Positions 42,064-52,588 are shown, counted from the stretch's first letter. The stretch is DNA of 64,000 nucleotides from Patescibacteria group bacterium (GCA_021735685.1 JAIPGN010000002.1:3183-67182), one strand, 5' to 3'. Made by a program: numbers and translations. The notes: generated by a model from the sequence alone, not told the origin.

Positions 42064-42918
42064 TTAAACAATTAAAGAGGGATAAAAATACTTTTTCTTC
42101 TTATCCTTTTTGACTTGGTCCCAATTCGCTAAAATGGCAATCGCCTCCGAAGCCACTAAACCCATTCTTTTTTCATCTTCTGTGCGCACCACAAATTTAT
42201 CCTTATCTTCTAAGAAGCTATCAACAACCAAACAGATTGCTCCCGCTCGTAAACCATAAAGATTAGCCAAGGTAAAAATTGGTGCTACCTCCATTTCAAT
42301 ATTACTGACTCGTGCTGATCTTAATTGAGTAATTAATTCTTGATTTTTCGAATTAGTGTAACCGCCAAATCCTTCTCGACCCTCTCCCACGTAAAAAGAA
42401 TCTTGACTAGCTGTTATTCCTAGATGATAATTAATTTTCATTTTTTCGCAAGCTTCAATTAAGGCCAAAACCACTTCATAACTGGCTAAAGCCGGATATT
42501 CCGGAAAAATATAATCTTGACTAGCTCCTTCCAAACGAACCGCTCCCGTAGAAATAACCAAATCTCCCAACTCTATACCCTTTTGCAGAGAACCAGTTGT
42601 ACCTACTCGCAAAAAAGTATCAACCCCTACTCGCGCCGCTTCTTCTAAAACAATAGTTGCTGAGGAAGCTCCAATGCCAGTAGAAAGACAAGCCAAGTCA
42701 ACTCCCTTAAAGGTTCCTTTCATTGAAAAAAACTCTCTATTCTCAGTTACTTTTTCGCTTTGGTCCCAAACCTGAGAAATCTTTTTTACTCTTTGGGGAT
42801 CACCGGGCAAAAGTAAATAAGAAGGAAGGTCGCCCGAGGCACAACCAATGTGATATTGTTTTTTGCTTTGAGGGTCTGAAGAGATGTTCATATTTAAAAA
42901 ATTATTACCTTTGTTCAA
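42064..42918 (-). CDS. udp: Uridine/nucleoside phosphorylase
   Basis: LPGDPQR, STGIG, RVGTTG and EME motifs; start may be 42891. Confidence 0.88.
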   Translation of the reverse strand: MNKGNNFLNMNISSDPQSKKQYHIGCASGDLPSYLLLPGDPQRVKKISQVWDQSEKVTENREFFSMKGTFKGVDLACLSTGIGASSATIVLEEAARVGVDTFLRVGTTGSLQKGIELGDLVISTGAVRLEGASQDYIFPEYPALASYEVVLALIEACEKMKINYHLGITASQDSFYVGEGREGFGGYTNSKNQELITQLRSARVSNIEMEVAPIFTLANLYGLRAGAICLVVDSFLEDKDKFVVRTEDEKRMGLVASEAIAILANWDQVKKDKKKKYFYPSLIV

Positions 42919-44176
42919 TTTTTAAAAACTCGCCTTCTAAAAATCCCTTCTTCAAATCTTTAATCTTAACTATTACAATTTTATTGGCTAAATCACTCTG
43001 ACTTTTCAAAAAAACACGCAAATAATTATGAGAAAAGCCTTGCCAGAAATCTTGTTTTTTTCCTTCAATTAAAATCGGTAAAGTTTCTCCTTGATAAGAT
43101 TTTTTTATTTTCATTGCCTGTTTCCGAGACAAAGCAAGCAATTTTTGAGCTCTTTGCTTTTTAACTACTGATGAAACGCTTCCTTTCAGAGAAAAAGCTT
43201 TTGTTCCTGGGCGAGGAGAAAAACGAAAAATATGAGTTTTTAAAAAATTATGATTTTTAATAAATTCATAAGTTTCTTTAAAGTCTACCTCGGTTTCTCC
43301 GGGAAAACCCACAATTAAATCTGCAGTTAGATTAACTTGAGGAATACTTATAATTTTTTGAACCACTCTCTCCAAATCTTTTCTTTGATAACTGCGTCCC
43401 ATTAATTTTAAAATCCGGTCGCTGGCCGATTGAATAGATAAATGAAAGTGAGGACAAAGACGCGGACTGACCCGAAAAAGACCAATTAACTTCGAGCTAA
43501 TCACTGTCGGCCAAAGAGAGGACAAGCGTAAACGAGGAAGGTCAGTTTTTTCTAAAATAGCTTGCAATAAATCAATTAAACCACTACTCCGATCTTGATA
43601 ATTGCCAATATTAGTCCCCGTCAAGACAACTTCTTGAAATCCCTGTTTCTGTCTTTTTTTAACCTCAGCCACTACCTCAGGAATAGGCTTGTTCTTTAAG
43701 TCAGGGCGAAGGTAAGGAACAATGCAATAGCTACAATATTGTTGACAACCACTTTGAATTCCTAGAAAAAAACGAGTTTTTTTCTTTAAATTCTTTTGCT
43801 CTGGTTGTCGAGAAGAAGTAACCGCACAAGAAGACAAAATGTTTAAAATAAATTGATCCCATTCTTTCTTCTCTTGATTAGGCAACCAGGCATAAACCTT
43901 CTCCTTTTCTCTCTGACGTAAATCAGAAGTAAAGCAACCCGCTACCAAAATCAAAGCTTGAGGGGAAATTCTCTGCAAGCTGTGAATAGTTTGACGCACC
44001 TCTTTTTCTGCTTTTTGAGTAACTGCGCAAGAATTAAGCACGTAGAGATCAGCTGGTTTTTTTATCGATCCCAAAATAAGTTCTGGAAAACGAGAAAACA
44101 ACTTTTCTTTTAAATCTTGGGTTTCGGCTTGATTTAGCTTGCAACCCCAAGTTTTAAAAGCAATAACCGGTGCCAT
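42905..44176 (-). CDS. mtaB: t6A methylthiotransferase MtaB-like radical SAM enzyme
   Basis: TWGCKLNQAE, NSCAVT and CQQYCSYC motifs. Confidence 0.88.
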   Translation of the reverse strand: MAPVIAFKTWGCKLNQAETQDLKEKLFSRFPELILGSIKKPADLYVLNSCAVTQKAEKEVRQTIHSLQRISPQALILVAGCFTSDLRQREKEKVYAWLPNQEKKEWDQFILNILSSCAVTSSRQPEQKNLKKKTRFFLGIQSGCQQYCSYCIVPYLRPDLKNKPIPEVVAEVKKRQKQGFQEVVLTGTNIGNYQDRSSGLIDLLQAILEKTDLPRLRLSSLWPTVISSKLIGLFRVSPRLCPHFHLSIQSASDRILKLMGRSYQRKDLERVVQKIISIPQVNLTADLIVGFPGETEVDFKETYEFIKNHNFLKTHIFRFSPRPGTKAFSLKGSVSSVVKKQRAQKLLALSRKQAMKIKKSYQGETLPILIEGKKQDFWQGFSHNYLRVFLKSQSDLANKIVIVKIKDLKKGFLEGEFLKIEQR

Positions 44177-44180
44177 TAAC

Positions 44181-45611
44181 TTACTTTAATCTTTTCTTTA
44201 TCTCTTTTGCCAACTTATTGACATCAACGTGTTCTTGGTTGCCAGTCTTCATATTGCGAATAATAATAGTTTTATCTTTAACTTCCTGATGACCAAGAAT
44301 TAAAGTTAGTTTTACCCCCATATCATCAGCCACTTTCATTTGTGCTTTTAAGCTTGTTTTTCCAAAACTTTCCGCCACTTTAATACCTTGGCTCTGCAAT
44401 TCATTAAAAATCCGTAAAGCATGACGAGCAGCTGATTCTCCAATTTGAGCAAAAAATACCTGGGGTCCTCGTGATTGATAAATTCTAACATTCTTGACTT
44501 CCATTTCTTGTAGAATTCTTTCTAAACCATAAGATAAGCCTGCAGCAGGAGTTTCTCTTCCACCTAAACTCTCAATCAAAGTGTCATACCTTCCTCCTCC
44601 TCCCAGGGCCGAAAGATTAGTTTTTTCTTTTTTTTCTTTTTCATCAATTACCGGCCAAATTTCAAAAACAGTCCTAGTGTAATAATCTAAACCTCTAACC
44701 AAATAAGGATTCAATTGATAAACCACATTAGCCTCATCTAAGCATTCTAAAACCTTTGTAAAGTGTTTTTCACAATCCTTGCAAAGAAAATTAATCAATT
44801 GAGGAGCTCGCGAAACAATTTCCTGACACAATAAATTTTTACAATCTAAAATTCGTAAGGGATTTTTTTCTAATCTTTTCTGACAATCAGGACAAAGACT
44901 TTTTTTATGAGACTGTAAATAATTCAATAATTCTTCTCGATAATTTGATCGGCAATGTGCGCAACCCAAACTATTAATCTGAATATTAATTGGTAGATTC
45001 AAATCATTAAAAAAGGTTTGAGAAAAAAGAATAATTTCAGCATCAATCAAAGGTTGATTTGAACCTAAAACTTCTAAACCAAATTGATAAAATTGACGAT
45101 AACGGCCAGATTGAGGTCTTTCGTAACGAAAAGCCGGCCCCCAGTAAAAAAACTTAAGAGGCTGAGGTAGATTAAACATCCCATGTTCAATATAAGCTCG
45201 TACTACCGAGGGTGTAAATTCAGGACGTAAAACAATCTTTTTTCCACCTAAATCAGTAAATTGATACATTTGCTTCTCAACCACATCTGTGTCTAGTCCA
45301 GTTGATTTTTTAAAAAGCTTACTCTCTTCTAAAACTGGGGTAATAATCTTTTCAAACCCATAAGCATTGGCTAAATCAATCAATTTTTTGAGCAAATAAT
45401 CACGTGCTGGTTGCTCGGCCGGCAGAATGTCTTTCATGCCTCGCAAAAGCTGAGGAGAATATCTATTTTTGTCAGCCCAAGAATCATCTATTTTTTTCTT
45501 CTTAGGAAGTCGCGGAATTACTTTTCTCCTAGTAATTTTCTTTTTCTTCGTTTTTTTCTTCGCAACCTTAGAGCTAGATGAAGGTTTTGAAGCTTTTTTT
45601 GTTCGCGGCAT
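44181..45611 (-). CDS. hisS: Histidine--tRNA ligase with a basic N-terminal extension
   Basis: RGMKD, LRPEFT, FRYERPQSGRYRQF, LVRGLDYY and GGGRYD motifs. Confidence 0.97.
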   Translation of the reverse strand: MPRTKKASKPSSSSKVAKKKTKKKKITRRKVIPRLPKKKKIDDSWADKNRYSPQLLRGMKDILPAEQPARDYLLKKLIDLANAYGFEKIITPVLEESKLFKKSTGLDTDVVEKQMYQFTDLGGKKIVLRPEFTPSVVRAYIEHGMFNLPQPLKFFYWGPAFRYERPQSGRYRQFYQFGLEVLGSNQPLIDAEIILFSQTFFNDLNLPINIQINSLGCAHCRSNYREELLNYLQSHKKSLCPDCQKRLEKNPLRILDCKNLLCQEIVSRAPQLINFLCKDCEKHFTKVLECLDEANVVYQLNPYLVRGLDYYTRTVFEIWPVIDEKEKKEKTNLSALGGGGRYDTLIESLGGRETPAAGLSYGLERILQEMEVKNVRIYQSRGPQVFFAQIGESAARHALRIFNELQSQGIKVAESFGKTSLKAQMKVADDMGVKLTLILGHQEVKDKTIIIRNMKTGNQEHVDVNKLAKEIKKRLK

Positions 45612-45632
45612 ATTATTTTTTTTAAAAAATTC

Positions 45633-46217
45633 TTAATTTTGAGAATAAGAGACAGAAGGAATTAGACCAAAGGCTGAAAAGGGCCAACCTCGCAAGAAAA
45701 CTAAACCAGTAATTCTTTCGCGAGGCACTGGACCAAAAGACCGAGAATCCATACTCATGCTCCGATTGTCTCCTAAAAGATAATACTCGTTTTCTGCTAA
45801 CTCTAACTCTATTTTGCCTGGTGTCGTAAGACCAGAAGCCAAATAAGCGTTTTCATTTAATTCTTGCTTCTTGTTATCTTGTGGGTTAATAATATAAACT
45901 GAACCACCTTCAATTAAAATTTTTTCTTTTGGTAAGCCAATCACTCTTTTAATTAAATAATCTTTATCATTTTCTGGTGGATGAAAAACAACTACTTGAC
46001 CTCGCGTTGGAAAATTCAAACGATAATTAATTTTACTCACTATCAAGTAATCTTGATCGTAAAAATTAGGTTCCATTGAGGGCCCCACCACATAAAAAGG
46101 TTGAAAGATAAAGTGATGAATCGGCCAAACAATTAAAAAAGCAATAACTGCTAATTTGATTATATCAAAAATAAATAAAACCAAAAAAGGGATTTTTCTA
46201 TTCTTCTTATTTTCCAT
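45633..46217 (-). CDS. lepB: Signal peptidase I
   Basis: SMEP, IKRVIGLP and GDNR..S.DSR motifs. Confidence 0.95.
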   Translation of the reverse strand: MENKKNRKIPFLVLFIFDIIKLAVIAFLIVWPIHHFIFQPFYVVGPSMEPNFYDQDYLIVSKINYRLNFPTRGQVVVFHPPENDKDYLIKRVIGLPKEKILIEGGSVYIINPQDNKKQELNENAYLASGLTTPGKIELELAENEYYLLGDNRSMSMDSRSFGPVPRERITGLVFLRGWPFSAFGLIPSVSYSQN

Positions 46218-46542
46218 TATTTTTTTCTCTTAAGGCAATTGCTCTAACAATTTTAGTAATATTTTTTTCCATTTTTTGCATTTTTAAACGAAGTCGGAAA
46301 AGGAAATAAAATAAAATAATTATTCCCAAATAAAGCAAAATTTCTATTCCTGAACTAGAAAATCCCAACCGAATTGCCAATTGGTCAATTTGCTTCAGGC
46401 CTACAATTAAAACTCCGGCACCAATCCAGAAAACCAACCAAAAAAGAAATTCATTAACACTAATCTCTTTTTTCTTTTTTCGCCAAACCAAACGGGCCAA
46501 AAACAAAAAAATTATAAATAGAGCTAATAACTTTTGAAGCAT
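46207..46542 (-). CDS. DUF2304-family membrane protein
   Basis: Three TM helices and C-terminal ITKIVRAIAL; adjacent to a DPM-like GT2. Confidence 0.8.
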   Translation of the reverse strand: MLQKLLALFIIFLFLARLVWRKKKKEISVNEFLFWLVFWIGAGVLIVGLKQIDQLAIRLGFSSSGIEILLYLGIIILFYFLFRLRLKMQKMEKNITKIVRAIALREKNNGK

Positions 46543-46548
46543 AAATTA

Positions 46549-47211
46549 TCAATCAATTAGCTTAGATAAAAATAAATCTTTTATAATTTTCATTCCCTGT
46601 CCAAAATTTTGACCAAAATGATGATAGAGTACGGTAATTCCCACTTCTTCTATTTTGAAATTATGACGAAAAACTTTAGCCATAATTTCACTATTATGAG
46701 CCATGCCATCATTATTAATTTTAATTTTCTGAGCAGCGGAACGAGACAAGGCCCGAAAACCACTCTGAGGATCGGTTAAAGAAACTCCAAAAAATAATTT
46801 ATTCACCAAGTGTGCTAGAGGAATAATTATTTTCTCTTTAAACCAAGGCAAATTTGATTTTTTTTCTAAAAAACGAGAGCCAAAAACAACATCAGCTCGT
46901 TGCTCCTTGATTGGAAAAACCACTTCTTTAATTTCTGAAGCCAAGAATTGACCATCTCCGTCAAAGTGAACAATAATATCAGCTCCTCGTGCTAAAGCTT
47001 TTTGATTGCCAGTTTCTAGGGCTGCTCCTTGACCTCGGTTAATTAAATGACAAAGAGCTACTACTCCCTTCTCTTGTTGAGCAACATTAAAAGTATTATC
47101 AGCCGAACCATCATCAACTACAATGATTTCATCTACATACTTTTGAGCTGTTTTTAAAACTGCTTGCAAATTTTTTCCTTCATTATAAGCCGGGATAACT
47201 AAAGTAGTCAT
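46549..47211 (-). CDS. GT2 glycosyltransferase (dolichol-phosphate-mannose synthase-like)
   Basis: IPAYNE, VVDDGS, FDGDGQ and DPQSGFRA motifs. Confidence 0.9.
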   Translation of the reverse strand: MTTLVIPAYNEGKNLQAVLKTAQKYVDEIIVVDDGSADNTFNVAQQEKGVVALCHLINRGQGAALETGNQKALARGADIIVHFDGDGQFLASEIKEVVFPIKEQRADVVFGSRFLEKKSNLPWFKEKIIIPLAHLVNKLFFGVSLTDPQSGFRALSRSAAQKIKINNDGMAHNSEIMAKVFRHNFKIEEVGITVLYHHFGQNFGQGMKIIKDLFLSKLID

Positions 47212-47222
47212 AGTGATTAAAT

Positions 47223-48287
47223 TTATTTATCTCCCGCTTTTTCTTCTTCATCGTATTGGTCAAGCAGTGGCTGTAAAAGAATATGGTTAGCGCGAACATA
47301 ATCAATCATTCTTTTTAGACCAGATTCTAAACTAATCACCGGAAACCATTCTAATTTTTCCTTGGCTAAAGTAACGTCTGGCACTCCCAAGGTTCGCATA
47401 AAAGAAAGAGGAGGTTGAAAAGAAATTTTCGAATTAGAATTAGTTAAACCAATAATTTTCTCAGCTAATTCCCGCAAAACATAACGATGAGGGTCACCTA
47501 AATTAAAAGGACCGGAGTGCTTTGATTCCATAATCTTTAAAAGCCCTTGGGCCACATCTTCCACATAACAAAGCGAAGTAGAAAAATTTTTATCACCATA
47601 TATAATTAAAGGCTTGTTGTTTAAGGCCTGTAAAACAAAATCCGGAACCATATGACCATCTAAAAGATTTTCACGAGGACCATAAGTTCTAAAAATACGA
47701 GCAATCTTGGCATCTAAGTTGTACTGACGATTATAAGCCATTACCGCAGTTTCACTAATTCTTTTTCCTTCGTCATAACAAGATCGAGGGCCAATAAAAT
47801 CAACGCTTCCTTGGCTTTCTTCTTTGAAAACCTGATTGCTTTCCCCACCATAAACCACTGAAGAAGAAGCAAAAAGCAATTTGGCTTGATAAAACTTAGC
47901 CAATTCCAGCATATTGGTCGTCCCAAAAATATTGCTATACAAAACTTCTAACTGAAATTGATCAAATTTTTTAATAAAAGTAGGACAAGCCAAATGATAA
48001 ATCTCTTGCAGGCCATATAAAGAAATGTGAAAATTCTCTAATTCAGGGAATTGACCTAAATCTAAAGATTGATTAATATCAGCTTTCAAAAGCCGAAAAT
48101 TAGGCTTTTGTAATAAGTGTTTAATGTTTTCGATATGACCACTAGAAAAATTATCAACGCAAATAACATTATTTCCTTCTTGAACCAAGCTATCGCAAAG
48201 GTGCGAACCAATAAAACCGGCTCCACCGCTAATTAAAACATTTTTTTTCTCTCCAGAAAAAAATTTTTGTTTTTTGGCCGAGGACAT
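47223..48287 (-). CDS. NAD-dependent epimerase/dehydratase (UDP-glucuronate decarboxylase-like)
   Basis: GGAGFIGSHL, YHLACP and RSCYDEGKR motifs. Confidence 0.9.
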   Translation of the reverse strand: MSSAKKQKFFSGEKKNVLISGGAGFIGSHLCDSLVQEGNNVICVDNFSSGHIENIKHLLQKPNFRLLKADINQSLDLGQFPELENFHISLYGLQEIYHLACPTFIKKFDQFQLEVLYSNIFGTTNMLELAKFYQAKLLFASSSVVYGGESNQVFKEESQGSVDFIGPRSCYDEGKRISETAVMAYNRQYNLDAKIARIFRTYGPRENLLDGHMVPDFVLQALNNKPLIIYGDKNFSTSLCYVEDVAQGLLKIMESKHSGPFNLGDPHRYVLRELAEKIIGLTNSNSKISFQPPLSFMRTLGVPDVTLAKEKLEWFPVISLESGLKRMIDYVRANHILLQPLLDQYDEEEKAGDK

Positions 48288-48306
48288 AAAAAAATAATTA
48301 AATTAT

Positions 48307-50442
48307 TTATTCTTTTACCCGCACTAAGCTAATTTTGCCATCGTGACTAATATCTGCTATTTTTACTTTTATTTTATCTCCCTCTTTAACTAAATCACTA
48401 GGATGTTTAACATGATGATCGCTCATCTTAGAAATGTGCAATAACCCATCCTGACCTGGCGTCAATTCTATAAAGACCCCAAAATCCATAATCTTTACTA
48501 TCTTGCCCTCAAAAATCTCGCCTTTTTCTAATTCTCTAGTCAAATCTTTAACCCATTTGACTGCTTTTTCCAAAGAGTCTTTATCTGCTGAAGAAATGAA
48601 GACTCTTCCGTCTTGTTCAATGTCAATCAGAGCTCCTGTTTTTTCAATAATTTCATTGATGACCTTTCCTCCCGGGCCAATAACATCTCTAATTTTACTA
48701 GGATTAATCTGAAGAACAGTCACTCGAGGAGCATATTTAGATAAATTCTCGCGCGGAACGGCAATAGCTGCCTCCATTTTATCTAAAATATGAGTTCTCG
48801 CTTTTTGAGCAGCTTGCAAAGTTTCTTTAACGATTTCCATGGTTAACCCCTTAGTCTTAGTGTCCAACTGAATGGCAGTGACTCCTTCTTTGCTTCCAAT
48901 CACTTTAAAATCCATGCCTCCCGGACCGTCCTCTAAATCTTGGATATCAGTTAAAACCTGATAGCGTTTAAAACTGCCTTCGCCTTCTTCTGAAGCCAAG
49001 CCAATAGCAATACCCGCCACTGGTTTTTTGATTTGAATACCCGCGTCCATTAGGGCTAAAACTGAAGCGCAAAGAGAGGCCATTGAACTGGAACCATTAG
49101 AAGAAAGCACTTCGGAAACAAGACGAATAGTATAGGGAAACCCTTCTTCTTCGGGAATAATTGGCAACATTCCTTTTTCCGCTAAAGCTCCGTGACCAAT
49201 TTCTCTTCGGCCCGTAGAACGCATCGGACGAGCCTCTCCTGTACAAAAAGGAGGGAAATTATAATGATGCATAAAGCGCTTCTTAGATTCTTCTTCCATG
49301 GTGTCTAAATACTGTTCTGATCCAGGTGACCCCAAAGTAACAATAGACATAACTTGAGTTTCCCCTCTGGAAAAAACTGCGGAACCATGGACACGAGGCA
49401 AAGTACCAACCTCGCAATTCAAAGGTCTAACTTCATCAAGCTTTCGTCCGTCAATTCTTTTCTTTTCGTTTAAAATTGCCGAACTAACCTCTCGATAAAT
49501 TAATTTATTGGCATACTCTGTGGCCTTGACTCTCTTTTCTTTTCCGATGTTTTCTGCCTCTAGGACTTCTTCTACCTTCTGTCTAATCTTTTCCGCTGCT
49601 CCTATTCTATCTTGCTTACTTAATAATGGTTTAGCAAAAAGACACAAAGGCGCCTCTTTGGATACAATTTCTTCAGTCATCTTCAAAAGCTCTTCGCGAG
49701 TAGGATTCTCTTCAGAATATTCTTTCTTTTCTACCAAAGGAACCTTCTCCTTACCTACTTGATCTTGAATCTCTTTAATAAAGCTATTAACTTCCTGACA
49801 AGACTCTATTCCTTTTTGAATAGCCTCTTCCAAAGCTTCATTGCCGACATCTTCAGCCGCGGCCTCAATCATTAAAACTCGCCCCTGAGCTGCACTAACA
49901 AATAAGTTTAAATCACTTTTTTCTTGAATTTCAAGTTTGGGATTAATTTGCCAAGGTCCTTTTTCTCCATTTTCTTCAACTTTTCGACCAATTCTGACCC
50001 CAGCAATTGGACCCTGCCAATCAATATCTGAAACAGCCAAAGCCAAAGAAGCTGCTGTAAAAGCAACCACATCTGGATCGTTTTCTTGGTCAATAGATAA
50101 AACTGTTAAAACTACCTGCACTGCTCGCCGACAATCTTGATCAAAAAGAGGACGAATAGAGCGATCAATCATCCGCGCAGTTAAAACCGCTTCATCTGTA
50201 GGTCGAGTTTCTCTTTTAATAAAACGAGAACCCTTAATTTTGCCAGCAGCATAAAATTTTTCTTCATATTCTACAGATAAAGGAAAATAATCCACTCCCT
50301 CTCTTCCGCTAGGAGCTAAAACTGCTGTGGCTAAAACAGTAGTTTCGCCATATTGAACCAAGCAACTGCCATTAGCTTGATTAGCTAAATCTCCAATTTT
50401 TACTATCATTTTTTTACCTCCAATTTCTTTTGTAAATTCCAT
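48307..50442 (-). CDS. pnp: Polyribonucleotide nucleotidyltransferase
   Basis: RREIGHG, SNGSSSMAS and DFKV motifs; KH and S1 domains. Confidence 0.98.
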   Translation of the reverse strand: MEFTKEIGGKKMIVKIGDLANQANGSCLVQYGETTVLATAVLAPSGREGVDYFPLSVEYEEKFYAAGKIKGSRFIKRETRPTDEAVLTARMIDRSIRPLFDQDCRRAVQVVLTVLSIDQENDPDVVAFTAASLALAVSDIDWQGPIAGVRIGRKVEENGEKGPWQINPKLEIQEKSDLNLFVSAAQGRVLMIEAAAEDVGNEALEEAIQKGIESCQEVNSFIKEIQDQVGKEKVPLVEKKEYSEENPTREELLKMTEEIVSKEAPLCLFAKPLLSKQDRIGAAEKIRQKVEEVLEAENIGKEKRVKATEYANKLIYREVSSAILNEKKRIDGRKLDEVRPLNCEVGTLPRVHGSAVFSRGETQVMSIVTLGSPGSEQYLDTMEEESKKRFMHHYNFPPFCTGEARPMRSTGRREIGHGALAEKGMLPIIPEEEGFPYTIRLVSEVLSSNGSSSMASLCASVLALMDAGIQIKKPVAGIAIGLASEEGEGSFKRYQVLTDIQDLEDGPGGMDFKVIGSKEGVTAIQLDTKTKGLTMEIVKETLQAAQKARTHILDKMEAAIAVPRENLSKYAPRVTVLQINPSKIRDVIGPGGKVINEIIEKTGALIDIEQDGRVFISSADKDSLEKAVKWVKDLTRELEKGEIFEGKIVKIMDFGVFIELTPGQDGLLHISKMSDHHVKHPSDLVKEGDKIKVKIADISHDGKISLVRVKE

Positions 50443-50495
50443 AATTCTTTTTTTCTTAACAGAACCTCCTCTTGTCTTGGCTCTGATCTAATTAT

Positions 50496-51089
50496 TTATT
50501 TTTTATTTTTAATATTTCTTTTATTATTATTCTTTTTCCAACTATTGCCTTTATGCTTAGCAAAAGGAATTTTTTTGCGAATCAAAAATCCACCCTTCTC
50601 TTTTCCTAAATCAAAAGCGTCATCCACTTCCTCTATTAACTTGGAAGAAGTAGTTCTTCCAAAAGATAAAAGCTCTACTCGACAACCCTTGTTTTCCTTA
50701 AGATAACGAACTAAAGGGATAAAATCACCATCGCCAGTAACCAAAACCACTACGTCCAACTTGTCAGCTAATTTAATAGCATCTACGGCAATTCCTACAT
50801 CCCAGTCCGCTTTTTTCATCCCTCCGGGAAAAATTTGGAGGTCTTTAATTTTTAATTCAAAACCATATTTGGAAATAGTTTCAAAAAAAACTTGCTCTTC
50901 CGATGTATTAGAGCAAATTACATAAGCAATCGCCCGAATTAACTGGCGACTACCTACTGCTACGGTAAGAATTTTATCAAAATTGACGTTAGATCCGTAT
51001 AAATTCTTGCCCGAATGATACATATTCTGAACATCAACAAAAACTCCGACTCTTTGGTCTTTGTGTTGTTGGTCTTTATTTTTAGGCAT
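50496..51089 (-). CDS. NYN-domain (LabA/DUF88) protein
   Basis: FVDVQN, KADWDV and GDGDF motifs. Confidence 0.9.
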   Translation of the reverse strand: MPKNKDQQHKDQRVGVFVDVQNMYHSGKNLYGSNVNFDKILTVAVGSRQLIRAIAYVICSNTSEEQVFFETISKYGFELKIKDLQIFPGGMKKADWDVGIAVDAIKLADKLDVVVLVTGDGDFIPLVRYLKENKGCRVELLSFGRTTSSKLIEEVDDAFDLGKEKGGFLIRKKIPFAKHKGNSWKKNNNKRNIKNKK

Positions 51090-51090
51090 A

Positions 51091-51396
51091 TTATTTGCGT
51101 TTTATTTTCTTCAAAATTTTTTCGTAACTCTCAGAATCGTGAATTTTCAAATATTGAATAAATTTACGACGTTGGCTAACCTTTTGCACCAAACTCCTTC
51201 GAGCTGAAAAATCATGAATGTGTTTTTTTAAATGTTCGGCCAACTCCTTAATCTCCTTTCCTAAAAGGCCAATTTGAACTTCAGCCGAACCCGTATCTTG
51301 AGGTGTTTTTTGAAAATCTTTAATTACCTCCTCTTTTTTAAGGGAAGCTTCTTTCTCTTTTACCTTTTTTTCTTCTTTTTTTGCTTTTTTAACCAT
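51091..51396 (-). CDS. rpsO: 30S ribosomal protein S15
   Basis: DTGSAEVQI and HIHDFSARR motifs. Confidence 0.95.
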   Translation of the reverse strand: MVKKAKKEEKKVKEKEASLKKEEVIKDFQKTPQDTGSAEVQIGLLGKEIKELAEHLKKHIHDFSARRSLVQKVSQRRKFIQYLKIHDSESYEKILKKIKRK

Positions 51397-51453
51397 AAAT
51401 CTTTAATAAAATTTTATCTTATTACGTGTTTTAAGGGCAAAATACACCTTCTT

Positions 51454-51482
51454 ATCATATCTAATTTCAAGATAAATGTCAA
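51454..51482 (-). promoter_or_regulatory. Sigma70 promoter of rpsO-NYN-pnp
   Basis: TTGACA-17nt-TATGAT on the minus strand. Confidence 0.7.
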
Positions 51483-51573
51483 ACTTTTCTAAAGCAAGAA
51501 GTGCTTTTTCAAAAATAAACCCATTTTTCACTTTTCCTTCGTTTTTCCAATAAAAATAAAGCGTCGTTAAATC

Positions 51574-51601
51574 TTGACAAAAAAATAATAAACCATAAAA
51601 T
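51574..51601 (+). promoter_or_regulatory. Sigma70 promoter of the xer gene
   Basis: TTGACA-16nt-TAAAAT. Confidence 0.6.
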
Positions 51602-51608
51602 GATTAGC

Positions 51609-52550
51609 ATGCCTAGCGAAATCAAAAAATTAATTACTGATTTTTTGGAATATTTAGAAATTGAAAAAGGTTGCAGTCCTTTGACCATCCGTAATTATAG
51701 TTTTTATCTTCAAAGATTTGTTGAACATGCTCAGATTAATTCAGCTTCAGAGATTAATAAAGAAAAAGTACGTCAATTTCGTCTTTGGCTATCTCGCCAA
51801 AAAAATTATCGGCAGGAAAACCTTTCTTTGGCTACTCAAAACTACCATTTAATCGCTTTACGTTGCTTTTTAAAATATCTTGCCGTTAAAGACATTAAAA
51901 CCTTAGCTCCAGAAAAAATCGAACTAGCTAAAACCGAAGAAAGACAAATTTCCTTTCTGGAGGGTCGTGATTTGGAAAACCTTTTAGAAGCTCCTTTAAA
52001 AGTTAAGCAAAAAAAAATCATTAGTTGGCGCGATAAAGCAATTCTGGAGCTTCTCTTTTCTACAGGTCTTCGAGTTTCTGAACTAACCAATCTCAAAAAA
52101 GAAAACATCAATTTGCAAAAAAATGAATTTAGTGTGCGAGGAAAGGGTAAAAAATGGCGATTAGTTTTTCTTTCTCAGCAAGCTAAACATTGGCTTAAAA
52201 AATATCTTGACCAAAGAACTGATTTTGACCCCTCTCTTTTCGTTCGTCACGATCGGGCTCGCTCTAATGATAAAAAATCCCTAGGAATCACTCCTCGTTC
52301 CGTACAAAGATTGGTGCAAAAATATGCCAAAGTAGCTGGTTTAACCCGTAAAATAAGCGTTCACACCTTGCGTCACAGCTTTGCTACTGACCTTCTTTCC
52401 GGAGGCGCTAATTTACGAGCCGTCCAGGAATTATTGGGACACCGGAACATCACTACTACTCAAATTTATACTCACGTCACCAATCAACATTTACGAGAAA
52501 TCTATCAAAATTTTCACGACCAAAAAAGAAAAAACAAAGAAAAAGAATAA
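51609..52550 (+). CDS. XerC/XerD-type tyrosine recombinase
   Basis: STGLRVSEL, RGKG, HTLRHSFAT and LGH..TTQIYTH motifs; N-terminal SAM-like domain. ATG 51609 chosen (alternative 51600). Confidence 0.93.
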   Translation: MPSEIKKLITDFLEYLEIEKGCSPLTIRNYSFYLQRFVEHAQINSASEINKEKVRQFRLWLSRQKNYRQENLSLATQNYHLIALRCFLKYLAVKDIKTLAPEKIELAKTEERQISFLEGRDLENLLEAPLKVKQKKIISWRDKAILELLFSTGLRVSELTNLKKENINLQKNEFSVRGKGKKWRLVFLSQQAKHWLKKYLDQRTDFDPSLFVRHDRARSNDKKSLGITPRSVQRLVQKYAKVAGLTRKISVHTLRHSFATDLLSGGANLRAVQELLGHRNITTTQIYTHVTNQHLREIYQNFHDQKRKNKEKE

Positions 52551-52588
52551 AAATCCTATGCTTTCACCATCCCCATCCCTGCATTTTT

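Noticed and set aside
51609-52550. Prophage or integron integrase
   Set aside because: It has housekeeping XerC/D length and motifs, lacks the IntI-specific insertion, and no phage genes or attC sites were recognised.
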